A stretch of DNA of 63,492 bases, counting the filler, from Globobulimina sp. (Eukaryota): assembly GCA_003354225.1 (NCBI GenBank). It is 38 parts of 38 records of this genome, joined end to end, with 100 filler letters (N's around TTAATTAATTAA, not from the genome) between each part and the next. Parts side by side here need not be neighbours in the genome. Positions count along the whole stretch, not along the records: positions 48,544 to 50,116 come from PIVH01014664.1; positions 50,217 to 51,788 come from PIVH01014665.1; positions 51,889 to 53,460 come from PIVH01014666.1; positions 53,561 to 55,132 come from PIVH01014667.1; positions 55,233 to 56,804 come from PIVH01014668.1; positions 56,905 to 58,476 come from PIVH01014669.1; positions 58,577 to 60,148 come from PIVH01014670.1; positions 60,249 to 61,820 come from PIVH01014671.1; 30 more parts are not named here. One strand, 5' to 3'. The translations under genes and the position numbers were made by a program. The number at the start of each line of letters is the position of its first letter. The stretch's first letter is position 1. Positions 48,994 through 61,344 of the stretch are shown in pieces. The notes under the pieces were generated by a model that saw nothing but the letters and a program-made list of their open reading frames with translations, searched no databases and was not told where the DNA came from.

Positions 48994-49977
48994 TAGTTGT
49001 GTCTGCAGTGAATTAGCTCAATAGTTGTGTCTGCAGTGCGTTGTGACTGCAGTGCGTTGTGTCTGCCGGAATGACGGTTTTGGGATTTTCTTTGTGTGCG
49101 ATTTAAGTGCGTTATTTATAAAAGTTAATCCAAATTAAACCTATAAACAAGCTTTCAATAAAATATAATCCGCACTTATTTGGATATATATTATGGAATA
49201 ATCTTACATTTTATTTATGGGACACTCTCAAAGCCGTTGTGATGGTAATACTTTATCCAATGCATCAACGTACAATGTTTGGTTGCAGTTTGCCCAAAGT
49301 TGGAATTATACAGCAACCATTCTCACTGCACGCATTCCATGCAATCTTTCACCAAATCCTGTAATTGATCTGGTCCTTCATGTTTAATATTAATATTGAA
49401 TCTCTTGATCGATTTGTGACTGTTTATTATTATTAAATGGTAATTTACAATGCAAATATTCTGGACTCATATCTAATTTATTTTCATATTAAATTATATT
49501 CTACCATACAATATCATGCCTGTGAAGATAATAAGATATTTCATCATAAGTCTCATACACTAAATTCCATGCATCACATCGTATAATCCCAAAGTAGGAA
49601 AAACATCTTTATGTGGGTTGTAAAAACTAAATGTCACCAAACAAAAGAGAAAGTTAACAGTATCAATGGTAATCAGATGCAGGTTGATCAGTCCTAGCAC
49701 ACACCCTCAATAATAAATATTATTTCGGGTGATTCCGATTATAACCGCGAGGTATTTCGTAATGTTTGGGGGAATTAACACGATGATAATATTGTACCAT
49801 GTGTTGTTTTCACAGAAATATTGCTGTCATATATCTGAAGGACCTCTTTGGCAGTGGCTGTTTCACTCTCTCTTGCTTTTTCAAAAATATGTTAACATTT
49901 ATCCCCCTGGAAAATATTACGAAGTTATTTTCTCTCTGGGGTTTTGTAAGAGTTATTGTAGAGCTAGCTGCTTTTAT

Positions 49978-50020
49978 TGGAAGGGAAGGGAAGGGAAGGG
50001 AGGGGAGGGGAAGGGAGGGA
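49978..50020 (+). repeat. Polypurine (GGGAA/GGGAG)n microsatellite
   Basis: Direct inspection. Confidence 0.9.
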
Positions 50021-50216
50021 CAAAAAGTTCTTTAAAAAGTGTTGACGTTTTACAATGTTGTGCCACAAAGTAAAATAAGGAATCCTATTGAGACAAACAA
50101 TTCTAGATTGGTGATANNNNNNNNNNNNNNNNNNNNNNNNNNNNNNNNNNNNNNNNNNNNTTAATTAATTAANNNNNNNNNNNNNNNNNNNNNNNNNNNN
50201 NNNNNNNNNNNNNNNN

Positions 50217-50362
50217 GAAGGGAACTGCAATGATTCTGCTCTTCGCAAACGTTGTAACGGTGACGTGCCGGTATTATCGGCAGGTGAGTTGCGACTGCCA
50301 CATGATACTAGTACTAAAAATTGCATGATACATAGCAAAACGATGTTGGATGAAAAAGACAT
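50217..50362 (-). CDS. N terminus of a probably secreted protein
   Basis: Hydrophobic signal-like MSFSSNIVLLCIMQFLVLVSCG. Truncated. Confidence 0.4.
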
Positions 50363-50446
50363 GCTGGAATTATGAAAGTGCGGATTTTTCTGATTTGCAG
50401 CTGTTAAGTTCTAAGTAACTGTAAAAAACAGTATCTTTCTGGAAGG

Positions 50447-51788
50447 ATGTCAATTTTTGGAGTTAAGGAGGATTTGTATGACGGTTCAGGCATCTGTACC
50501 TTCATCAACTACGCCACCAATCATTACCTATCCATAGATCGACATGGCAGTGTCTCGACTGTCAGCGTTGGCTCACATAAAATCAGTAAAAATGAGACCT
50601 TATCATTGGTCGCGAAAAGAGATTATAAGGACCCGTCAAAGGATGATATGTCATTTTATATCCGTTCATACTATGGACATTATTTAACATTTGATGTAAG
50701 CGATAACAAATTATATTGTCAAAAGGTATCCCATTCAATAACGTCATGGCGGAAACATGCATCGCAGCTTTATGCGCGCTTTAGTTCCACGGCTTTATTT
50801 TATTTTACTCCCGCATCGACCGCCGGTATTATTGGGGCATCCGGCATCAGTCTCTATGGCAACAAATATTTATGTGTTGATGGCAATGGCTCTGTGTCCG
50901 GCAAAATTATTCCTGGAAAACGTGAAATGTGGATTATCACATTTATTCAACAAAATGTGTCAAAAACACCTGGTGGCCCAATCAGTTATGTTTTTTTTTT
51001 CATTTCCATGCAATATTAATTAATATATTGATGCAAAAACAGGTGCTGAGAGTAAGGAAAATGATGAAAAAAATGAGAATTTTGAAGAAAAATTATTTGT
51101 GATTTCAAATTTGGTGCGTAGTAACAGCAAAGCATTGGATATTTATAAGGAACAAATTAAAAACAACACGATCAAAGTAAACAGCATGAAAGAATGGGAT
51201 AAATTGTATAAACGCATTGTTATGAAAGAGCACCAATGGAGTTTGCATAAAAATGAGTTAAAACGAAATAAAAAAGATTTGGTGCCATTGTTAGAGAGTA
51301 AATATGATGAAAAATATGCAGAATTGCAAGAATGTAAAGAGAATATTTTGGGAGAACAGACAAATTTAAATGCAATGAATAAAGCAAAGGATTTAAGCAA
51401 TTTAATGATAAAAAAATGTAAGGATGAAATTGATGAATATGTCGTTGAAATTAATGAGTTAGAAAATAAAATCAATGCGTTAAAAATCAAAAAGTTAAAC
51501 TGCTTAAATCGAATAAATAATGAAATTAAACCAAAATTAAAAAATCAATGTGAATGTATTACGGATTCAGCGAATGAAGTGAATAAATTGAATATGAAAG
51601 CAAATAATTTTGAAAAAGAGTTAACATCCATTAAAGAGACAAAATATGGAAAGGTACTACTAATTATTACGGATAGAGATGCGACACAAAACTATCCGCT
51701 GTTAAAAGGTGGTCTTGTTGATCAACAGGCAGCCACAGATGCTTTGGTGAATAACAATACGGGAAGTACTGGAACATCAAATCTGTAA
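50447..51788 (+). CDS. Fascin/FRG1-like beta-trefoil + coiled-coil protein
   Basis: Three trefoil-like units (TNHYLSIDRHGSV, FYIRSYYGHYLTFD, YGNKYLCVDGNGSV..REMW). Intron about 50984-51042. Long coiled coil. 3' end uncertain. Confidence 0.7.
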
Positions 51789-51888
51789 NNNNNNNNNNNN
51801 NNNNNNNNNNNNNNNNNNNNNNNNNNNNNNNNTTAATTAATTAANNNNNNNNNNNNNNNNNNNNNNNNNNNNNNNNNNNNNNNNNNNN

Positions 51889-53232
51889 AACCTTCAGCAA
51901 CAGGGAAAAAAGACCAACACCTCGAAGTCATACGATAATCAAGGATTTTATTCATCAAATTACAATGACAACACCTATTACAACGACCAACCAAACCACG
52001 ATGAATATTACGATGACACTCAACCTGACACCCAACGAGATTACGTGGACACAAACTACAATGAAAATTATACACAAGATCATGACCAATGGACGAAACA
52101 AACAAACAACAACAACAATGCAGACACCAACTATTATTACCAACCGCCACAAGCAGCGCAATTGCAAGAAAAAAAGAAATTTGTGCGTCCACGACCTAAA
52201 CACAAATCATCCACATCATTTAAGCCGAAACCGGTGCCCTCAGCACCCGCCAACACATCATCGCAGCCCTCCCAATACGTGCAATACTCGCAACCCTCTC
52301 AACCAACACCATCCACCTCACACCGACCACGCCCGCCATCCAACTCCAACAACAAATTCGCGCAAGATTTCCAGTCCTTAGCTGCAGAGGGTTTGAAGGC
52401 AGCGGGTGTCGGCACTATCGGCTCCGTCATCGGCCAGCAACTCTTCAACGACCAAATCAAAAACATCAAACTGCCACCCATCTATTCCTTGGACTATTAC
52501 AAATATTATTTTCGCGTCGATAACGAATACGTATTACGCAAATTGACCCGCATTTTATTGCCATTTTTAAAGTTAAATGTCAAAGAGTGGAAACGCAAGA
52601 AAATCAATGAGGTATCGGAAGATAATACGGCTCCGCCACCAAATATCCACAACGCCGCCGTTGAGTCGTATTCGTACCAATCGCCGATATATGACATCAA
52701 TGCGCCGGACGGATATTTGCCGTTAATGGCGGTGGTGACCTATGTGGTGATAATGGGCTTTGTGGTGGGTTACCAGTCGCAGTCAGAGGGCAATGACAGG
52801 AACGTGTTCTCGCCACAAATATTGATAGCGACCGGGTCTTCGGCCATTCTCATGTTGATTGTCGAGGTTTTGTTGATGAAGATTGGCTTTTATTTTATTG
52901 GCAGTGTGGCGACGCCGCCGTTTTGGTTGGACATTGTCTGTTATACAGGCTATAAATTGGTGTTTGTTACTATTAATTTGGTTATATATTTGATATTTGC
53001 TTCGCAGATTTTGTATTATGTGATTTCTATTGGAACGGGCCTCATCGCGGCGGTGTTTATGATACAAACGTTGCGCCCATATTTTCGAGATTTGTCGCAA
53101 TTCGCATCGGGTCCGTTGAGCAATAATGAATTAAATAATGAACCAAAGAAAACAAGGAAGATATTTTTAGGAATTGTTGGTGGTGCACAAATATTATTTA
53201 TTCAATTGATGGGAAGATATACTTCGATCTAA
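51889..53232 (+). CDS. YIF1: YIF1 ER-Golgi transport membrane protein (5' partial)
   Basis: KYYFRVDNEYVLRKL..ILLPF, DINAPDGYLPLMAVVTY, FSPQIL, LDIVCYTGYK and five TM helices. The frame is open to the contig start. Confidence 0.95.
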   Translation, partial: NLQQQGKKTNTSKSYDNQGFYSSNYNDNTYYNDQPNHDEYYDDTQPDTQRDYVDTNYNENYTQDHDQWTKQTNNNNNADTNYYYQPPQAAQLQEKKKFVRPRPKHKSSTSFKPKPVPSAPANTSSQPSQYVQYSQPSQPTPSTSHRPRPPSNSNNKFAQDFQSLAAEGLKAAGVGTIGSVIGQQLFNDQIKNIKLPPIYSLDYYKYYFRVDNEYVLRKLTRILLPFLKLNVKEWKRKKINEVSEDNTAPPPNIHNAAVESYSYQSPIYDINAPDGYLPLMAVVTYVVIMGFVVGYQSQSEGNDRNVFSPQILIATGSSAILMLIVEVLLMKIGFYFIGSVATPPFWLDIVCYTGYKLVFVTINLVIYLIFASQILYYVISIGTGLIAAVFMIQTLRPYFRDLSQFASGPLSNNELNNEPKKTRKIFLGIVGGAQILFIQLMGRYTSI

Positions 53233-53343
53233 AGTTCTACATTTTTCGTCGTATCATTGTTATTTATAAACTGTACTCTGTGCTCTTGTTTGTCTAAGAA
53301 GTCAACAGATCGAACAAACAAAACTAAAAGAGCCTACACAAGT

Positions 53344-53421
53344 TAATTAGTCACTATGTGACTAATTAGTGACTATGTGACTAATTAGTGACTATGTGAC
53401 TAATTAGTGACTATTAGTGAC
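53344..53421. repeat. Tandem 19-bp quasi-palindromic repeat (taattagtgactatgtgac)
   Basis: About 4 units. The first forms TAATTAGTCAC-tat-GTGACTAATTA. Confidence 0.9.
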
Positions 53422-53755
53422 AAAAACGAAAATGTGCAACTATTTAGTAACTATTTCAATNNNNNNNNNNNNNNNNNNNNNNNNNNNNNNNNNNNNNNNN
53501 NNNNTTAATTAATTAANNNNNNNNNNNNNNNNNNNNNNNNNNNNNNNNNNNNNNNNNNNNATTGTCTTGGTGTCTTCTACCTCGCATGTGTTGCTTTCTT
53601 CCACTGAATGAATCATGTGTTAAATACACGTCGCAATAATCACAGTAGAAACGTGGCATGTTTGGTTGGTATGATCTTTGGTTGATATAAGCAAGTTTTT
53701 AAATAAAAAACTGAAGTTTTTCATCAAAATGGTACGCATCATGGCGCCATGACCA

Positions 53756-55132
53756 ATGGAAAATAAGCAAACAATGAGTGAAACACACAAAACTCTGTCC
53801 AATGTTAATGATTTAATTGAATTTACGCAATCCGCAATAGCACAAATATTCGATAATGATGAGGTTGGACAACATGTTTACGATACAATTATTGAGGAAG
53901 AATTCGAAGATATGGATGTTATTTTGGTGGATTTATATAATTATAATGAATGTACCATCATACCATTGATATCAACCAAGATGGAAAATAGTGCAATTAA
54001 ATGGGATGAGAGTTGTAAACAAAAACTGTATAAAATATTAATATGCATTTTCAGAAAAAAGATAACAAGTTTTGATATGTTATCTCATCATTTAAATTTC
54101 TTGGCACATTCATCAGCACAGTCAACCATTGACCAATACACAACCGATCATTTACTGACTGTTGTTGGGCCAATGATAAATGACATAAATCAATCATCGA
54201 CAAATAAAATAAATATCGACACTGTCAACCAGCTATTCACAGAGAACTGCATTAATGGCACCAATTTACGCCAAATGAATATAACGGCATTCAGTGAAAT
54301 TGCAAAAAAATACAAGATTAAAGCCGGAAAAGCGCGGCAAATATATCATAAATTACAGAAATACTTTGAGACTCCTCGGGTTTGTAAGCATTCACTTTCC
54401 ACTTGTTTTTGTAGTTAGTGTACAATCAAATTGTGTCTATATAGGAACACGTTGTCAGCAGCAATAAAACTGAAGCACTTGAAATACGGCGTACATTTTT
54501 TAATATTGACGATCTCGACGGGATGAAATCTGCAGAGTTTGATAATTTATTAAATGATATTATTGATGACTCAAGCGATGCATTTGACGATGCAAAGCAA
54601 CATGGCATAGTTCCACCAGTTGGGGTTGGATTTGATTCGCATATTAACGAAGAGACAAAGCAATACGATGCAGACCTCGAAGATGATAATTTGTTTGAAG
54701 CAGACGATGATACATATCAACAATGGGGTGATGCCATTGAAAAATCACCATACAACAACGATATGGCAACAAACGTTTCCGCCACCAAACCACAATCAAA
54801 TGATTCCAAAATATGGATTTGTGATCATTGTCATCATAACAATAGTTAGGAACTCTTTTTTTTTCCTCTCCTATAAATGTTGACAAATTCTACGTAATTA
54901 ATTGTGCACTGTATGCAGTTTTACAAGAGATTATACAAAGTGATTATAAATGTATTAATTGTAAAGGTTTGTATAACCCGAAAACAGCCACAATAAATGA
55001 TAGTATTCAAGATAAAGAAAACGATGCGTTGCCGTATAGTACAGGCGGATTACGAGGCGGTGTCCAATTTAGAGGGTTGAAGAAAGCCAATATTGATGAA
55101 TTTGTAAAGACCGAAATTGATTTCAGAATATT
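53756..55132 (+). CDS. Multi-exon protein with SAM-like helical repeats and RanBP2-like zinc finger (3' partial)
   Basis: FTENCINGTNL..IKAGKARQIYHKL is SAM-like. WICDHCHHNN|ILQE..YKCINC after splicing. Two in-frame GT-AG introns. Confidence 0.6.
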
Positions 55133-55232
55133 NNNNNNNNNNNNNNNNNNNNNNNNNNNNNNNNNNNNNNNNNNNNTTAATTAATTAANNNNNNNNNNNN
55201 NNNNNNNNNNNNNNNNNNNNNNNNNNNNNNNN

Positions 55233-56804
55233 CACAGGACCGTCTTGCTTGTCATCCACCAGAGCGTCCACATCTACATCTGTAATCTGCAATCAACAAT
55301 ATGGCATAACACAAAAATGTTTTTATCCAACTTGCAATATTTGTTATCATCCATTATGTGGTAAATATGAGCAATATTCGCAAATAATTTGCACAAAATC
55401 CACTCTCAGAAATAAGACAATATTTATTCAATTTTGTAACAAACATAAAAATACAAATATTTATAAATTATTACAGAATGAATTCGAGAAAGAGATTGAA
55501 AATAAAAATACAAACAAAGTTGGTCCCATTTCAATCGAATTGAAAAATAAAAATAATAATTTTATTCATGAAAATACAGATAACACCGATTCCGACGATA
55601 ACACCTCGATTGACAATGATTTACAGTTCCAACACAATTGCAATGTGAATGAAATATTAAGTTTAGACCAGAAACTGCAAAAAAATGACATTGCATTGAA
55701 TAAGAAAGAAGTTATTGAATTATTATGGCATCGAAGCGATAAATATCATCAAAGTGTGACCACAAACGATTATTTACGTATAGCGCCGCATAATTATTTC
55801 AATGATCCAATATTTGGCAATCCAATCAAAGGAAAATCAAATTTCATCCACAAAAAAAATATTCACTCAAAAAACAACAAACTAAAAAGATATAAAAAAG
55901 CGAACAAAAATAAGACAAATATTCACTTGCAAAGGAAAGAAAACAATGAGTATAACTCACGGTTTTCATATCGATTTAAGGATGGAATTCAATCACAATT
56001 TCATGACATAATCACAACAAACAATGACCATAATAATGAGCACAATGAATGGACATTGGATGGGATCAAAAAGAAATTAATAAATGAGAATAATAACGAA
56101 CATGAACATGAACATGAATATAAATCTGAGAGAGCAACAAAGCAGAAATCATTGAATTATTTAACCAATGCATCGGTGAATAATTTGCCAGCGCCCATCG
56201 ACGAAACTGAGATATCACTCATTGGCCATCAGTTAGGTTTATCTTTGCGGCATTCGCCATTCGCACACTTTGATGGTGCCAGCGATGGCCATATGCTTGG
56301 AGAGAATGCCTGTGAATCAGCAGAATGTGAATGGGATGGAAATGCCTCAAACTACAAAGTCGAAATGGATCCATTTGGATGGCGATGGGTCTTAAAACAA
56401 ACACAAATCACAGCCGATATAGCAAATATTTCCTGTCCCTGCTTATTATGTAAATATATTTCAAACGAATATAAAAAAAAACGCAGAATTGTATCTGAGT
56501 TGGCACTGCAAAATCCGTTAAATATTAAAGAGCCCAAAATATTGGAAAGTCGACCATTTAATAAGCAGAGCATCAATGTATTAATTAAAACAAAACATGG
56601 TCGCGTTTTAACTGAATATCAACCAAATTGTATGGACAATTGTAATGAGAATGGGAATGAACAAGTAATCGAATGTAAAACCATAGCAAATGAGCAGCAT
56701 GAAAGTGAACATAACAATATTTTGCAACCGAGAATGGTTAATATTATGCAACAAATCGCATATCAACGATGGCAAACTTCGCGCGGATCAAATATTGATA
56801 ATAA
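55233..56804 (+). CDS. Asn/Lys-rich protein fragment of unknown function
   Basis: Frame open across the whole contig, with Cys clusters near the N-terminal part. Confidence 0.55.
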
Positions 56805-56904
56805 NNNNNNNNNNNNNNNNNNNNNNNNNNNNNNNNNNNNNNNNNNNNTTAATTAATTAANNNNNNNNNNNNNNNNNNNNNNNNNNNNNNNNNNNNNNNN
56901 NNNN

Positions 56905-58134
56905 AACATGGAAAAATTACTAAAAATAGTCGGAAATTATGCACAAAAATGGAAAATTGAATTTTCGGGTCCAAAAAGTTTAATTATACCATTAAACAGA
57001 AATATAAATACCAATAGAAAATGGAAGCTAGGGAAAAAGCACATAAGTGAACATGAGGAAACGGACATATACATTAAAGAAGAAAAAGAAGCGAAATATT
57101 TAGGAATCACTCTAAGTAATAATAATAAAGATATAACGAATCAACACAAATCTAAATTAGGTGATATGACCCGCAAAGAAGCCTACAGATGTTTCAAACC
57201 AGCTTTGGCCACTGCTAGATCCATCATGTATGGGGCGAAAATATGGAAAACATATGTAATACCAAAAATATTACATGGAATCGCATCAATATCATATACT
57301 AAAGAAACTTTTAAAAAAATCGAAATCCAAGAACGAGAATATATAAGAACTATTGCCCGATTACCGAAATTTACAAATAATATGGTCTTATATGGAGAAA
57401 CCGGAATACTTCCTATGTCCATGGAAGCAGATAAACGAACAATTAACTATTTTGCACATATCCAAAATCTAACTACCGATAACATTGTAAAAATTGTTTT
57501 ATTAGAACAAATCGAAATATACAATAACAGAAAAAATCCACAAATATGGATAACACATGCTATAAAATGTTGTAACAAATACAATATTAATCCCTTTAAT
57601 ATACCTAAAAAGAACAAAGTTAAAGAAATAATCAATCACCATTGGAAAGATAAATACAATAATGTCATTGAAAATGCAGGATCTCTGGTGCATTATCGGG
57701 ACAAATTGAATCCTAAAATAAATAACAAATTAAACCTTCAAACTGGAGGAGATTTCTGGCTGAAAATAAAAGCCGGTTGTCTTGTTTTAAACGATCGTGC
57801 AAACCGCCCTTGCACTAGATGTAATGAAAATAAACTTGAAACTGCAGAACACTTAATGTGGGAATGTGAACAAAATATTTATTTGAATGAATTCGAAAAT
57901 AATATACATAAATTGTGGATATTATTACCAACTAACATATATGGACATGTAAAACCTAATTACAATACATGTACTGATAAAGAACGTACGCAATTTCTGA
58001 TGCTAACAACAGATTATATCCTAAGTGATACAGCTTCAGGATTAATAATAAACATAACCGGAAACATAATCAAAGATGCGTATAAAAATAGACCTGAAAC
58101 TATTGAATATCAGGCACGATTTAATAAAAAATGA
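56905..58134 (+). mobile_element. Non-LTR retrotransposon ORF2 3' end (RT thumb + CCHC zinc knuckle)
   Basis: YAQKWKIEFSGPKS, KYLGI, WKTYVIPKILHG, LYGETG and CTRCNENKLETAEHLMWEC. Confidence 0.9.
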
Positions 58135-58576
58135 ATTCATATATGGAGAACTTCAATGGCAGATAGATGATGGTCAAATTGGATGTCAATATCAATTCAA
58201 GAGGAATCCTGAATCAGGAAGAATCATCAATGATGTCGATAATGGCAAATGAAGACGAAACTACATCTCAAACCCAATGAAATATATCCCTGAAACTATA
58301 AATTTAAATATGTGATACTTTTAATGTGATATTTTTGTGCCATGTAGCTTATATTATAAGTCCGAGCACTACTGAAATAAATTGTACTGACCAAAAAATC
58401 GGTCCATAAGCTTGGTTCTTGCCGTCGCCGAGTGCCAAAGATCCAGAATCGTTCCATTTCCTTTGTCCAATGTCCANNNNNNNNNNNNNNNNNNNNNNNN
58501 NNNNNNNNNNNNNNNNNNNNTTAATTAATTAANNNNNNNNNNNNNNNNNNNNNNNNNNNNNNNNNNNNNNNNNNNN

Positions 58577-59265
58577 AAATTAAATGCAAACACTTTATAA
58601 ATGAAGGTACAATTTCTGCAAAACGTGATGGTAAAATATATATAATTTGTCAACAATTTGATGACATAACAAATGATGAAAAATCCAATATTTCACCAGA
58701 ACCGAATGTAATTATTGTTAAAGATGAAGAATTAAAAAATATAGAATGTAATGATATATTTACACCAATTTATAATTTAAATGTGACGCCGAAAGGAAAT
58801 ATTGTTAATAATATTAATTTAACGTATTATAAACACAATGGACATTTTGAAAACAGAGATGAATATCATCCCAAACATTTACTGGCAAATAATAAACAAA
58901 TATTCATTTGTACTAAAAGTAAATATTGCCATTGGATCATATTTGCCATGAAATATGAATATTTTATAAATGAAATTAAAATCAAAAATGTTGATAATGA
59001 GTGCGGCATTAAATCGATTCGATTATATTTAGGAAATAGACACAACGATAACAAATGGTATCCGTTACATAAAGACCCAATAAATATACAAATCAATGAT
59101 AAACAAAGCAAAAAATATCAATCTTTTAACATTGAACCAGTCATTGATTTTAAAGCAATATATCACGACAAATTGTGTCTGATCAAAATACAAATATTTG
59201 AAAATCATGGAGGAAAACAAAATGCTTTTAAAGAATTTCAAATTGCGGGAAGAAGAATACATTAA
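58577..59265 (+). CDS. Protein C terminus with a galactose-binding/discoidin-like beta-sandwich
   Basis: YHPKHLL, HWIIF, GIKSIRLY and IKIQIFENHG..FKEFQIAG pattern. Confidence 0.65.
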
Positions 59266-59377
59266 CATTTGTTTTTTTTATTGTTTGTACGTGTGAACTC
59301 TCAAGAATGTATAACGATTTGTTGTGTATCTGTGTTATGTATACTGTTATTTTGAATTTATTGGCATTGCCTTTAAT

Positions 59378-59473
59378 AGGCATTTTTGCTTTATCGTAAA
59401 AATCTGTGTTTAAACAGAAAAAATCAGTTTTTTCCCTTAGAAAATAGATTTTTACGATAAAGCAAAAATGCCT
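59378..59473. mobile_element. MITE-like family B, 96 bp with perfect 28-bp TIRs
   Basis: AGGCATTTTTGCTTTATCGTAAAAATCT (59378-59405) / AGATTTTTACGATAAAGCAAAAATGCCT (59446-59473). Confidence 0.88.
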
Positions 59474-59551
59474 TATGCATTCACTAAACACTTTTATTTT
59501 GAAACATGCAACATTAATTTAACTTTTTGCTCAGAAAACTCTAGTTACTCA

Positions 59552-60148
59552 ATGTCTATCAAATCAATTTGGGAAATTTTTCGTTCAGGAGTAGACTGGA
59601 TTTGGAATCAATGTGTAATTTTCAGTGTATTGCTTCTATGTGTAACCATTGGAAACAGAATATTCGCACTTGGATGTATGAATTATTCTTTTTGTTGACT
59701 ATGACTATTATAACACACAATATGTATGATCAATTGTTGGACAATATACAGCATCGTTAGCAGTGAGTTGGATGATGGGGTCAGCGGATTTCAATACGCA
59801 ATGTATCGACACTGTCACTTTGAATGTCGTGAAACCGGCAGTAGAAGAAATTTTGACAATGCTTTTTTTAACGATCTTCGGCATGGTGTTCTGTGCTATC
59901 ACATGTGCATTTGTCTGGGGACACAAAGATGCGAAAGAAAAACTAAAGGCGAAAGGTGTGGATGGTTGTGAATGTCCTGCCTCATGCTCTAAAATTGTAA
60001 CTTCCATCGTGTGTTTCTTACATTTAATCGAGACATTGGTGTGTTTTCCAATATTGATTCATTTCAATGTATATATTGATGCATTGGATGCTGAATTTAG
60101 CAGACTTTCTTTGTCTGACTGTTATAATTATGAACATTATCACTTTCA
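59552..60148 (+). CDS. Multi-pass membrane protein of unknown function (3' partial)
   Basis: MSIKSIW..FALG, intron gtatga...atacag, SSLAVSWM... with three hydrophobic helices. Confidence 0.6.
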
Positions 60149-60584
60149 NNNNNNNNNNNNNNNNNNNNNNNNNNNNNNNNNNNNNNNNNNNNTTAATTAA
60201 TTAANNNNNNNNNNNNNNNNNNNNNNNNNNNNNNNNNNNNNNNNNNNNGACGATGATAGCAAAACAATGACCAATGTTCAACGAATACAGCAATCCTTAT
60301 TTGCCTCTGGTTTACCAAAGCCACAATCTACTATAAAAAAGCGGAAAAAATAATATTTTCTAGCTTGTTTCTTGTGAGAATTCCAATCAATTGTTTTAAA
60401 TTAAATTGTATATAGTTTTCTTTTTTAAATTGATGCCACTTTGAGTACCGTCCTCGTACAGCACAGCACCTACAGAGCTCAGGTATTGTCCGTTGTGCAT
60501 AATGCATATCTATGCCTAATACTAATCGACATATGTTTAGTCTCTATTATTTTATTTTATTTATTACTAAAAGATATATAAAAA

Positions 60585-60648
60585 TGTGATGATTGAGATT
60601 TGGACCCAAATCTTATTTAATAAGATGCTCTCAATGAGCAATCATCAC
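60585..60648 (-). ncRNA. tRNA-like small RNA candidate, copy 1 (no variable loop)
   Basis: Minus strand: GTGATGA TT GCTC-ATTGA-GAGC A TCTTA-TTAAA-TAAGA T TTGGG-TCCAAAT-CTCAA TCATCAC A, then T5. Confidence 0.6.
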
Positions 60649-61185
60649 TATCTATCAATGAGCAATCAAATAAATTATATATCGATATGGGCGCCATAAA
60701 TAGCAAAATAACTGATGAGGGGCTTCGCCGCCATAAATACCATAATAACCATAATAAATTGGCGAGCTTCGCTCGGAGAATCCATTGTTTTTGATGCTGC
60801 GAAGACAAAAAAGTTTTGCTTTGAGCTTAATTTCATCGATCTTTTGTGTCTCGTTGGATGGATTATTATAGAGAGAATCTCGTTGGATGTAATGTTTGTA
60901 TTTCAATTTTTTCCCATAAACTCAATCAAAAATCCGAAAACATATATTAGTTTCAATTATTATGATGATACCAAATTCATTGTATGGTCATTTTTTGGAA
61001 TTTACCCAAAAAAACGCAGTAAAAGTGGAATTACTCCACTCCTTTTGAGCCGTTTACTCCACTAAGGGCAGTAAAATAGAAACGAAAAACAATCTTGTAC
61101 ATTATTGGTAAAACAAACAAAAAACAAAACCTTATATAAAACAAAAAAATGTGACGAATTACGGGATATTATTAAATAAAAAAAA

Positions 61186-61249
61186 TGTGATGATTGGGAT
61201 TTGCACCCAAATCTTATTTAATAAGATGCTCTCATAAAGCAATCATCGC
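61186..61249 (-). ncRNA. tRNA-like small RNA candidate, copy 2 (no variable loop)
   Basis: Minus strand: GCGATGA TT GCTT-TATGA-GAGC A TCTTA-TTAAA-TAAGA T TTGGG-TGCAAAT-CCCAA TCATCAC A, then T8. Confidence 0.6.
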
Positions 61250-61344
61250 CTATCCACCTCCTCCAGCAAAATCCATCCATCAATAATACCATATCACTAT
61301 AAAGTATAACAAATAAATGTGTAAATAGAAACATAAATAGATAC

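Noticed and set aside
60430-60535. Second H/ACA snoRNA
   Set aside because: Some stems and a terminal ACA are present, but no correctly placed ANANNA box lies between the hairpins.
60586-60648. C/D snoRNA reading of the duplicated unit on the plus strand (GTGATGA)
   Set aside because: No D box is conserved in both copies. The minus-strand cloverleaf explains the sequence better.
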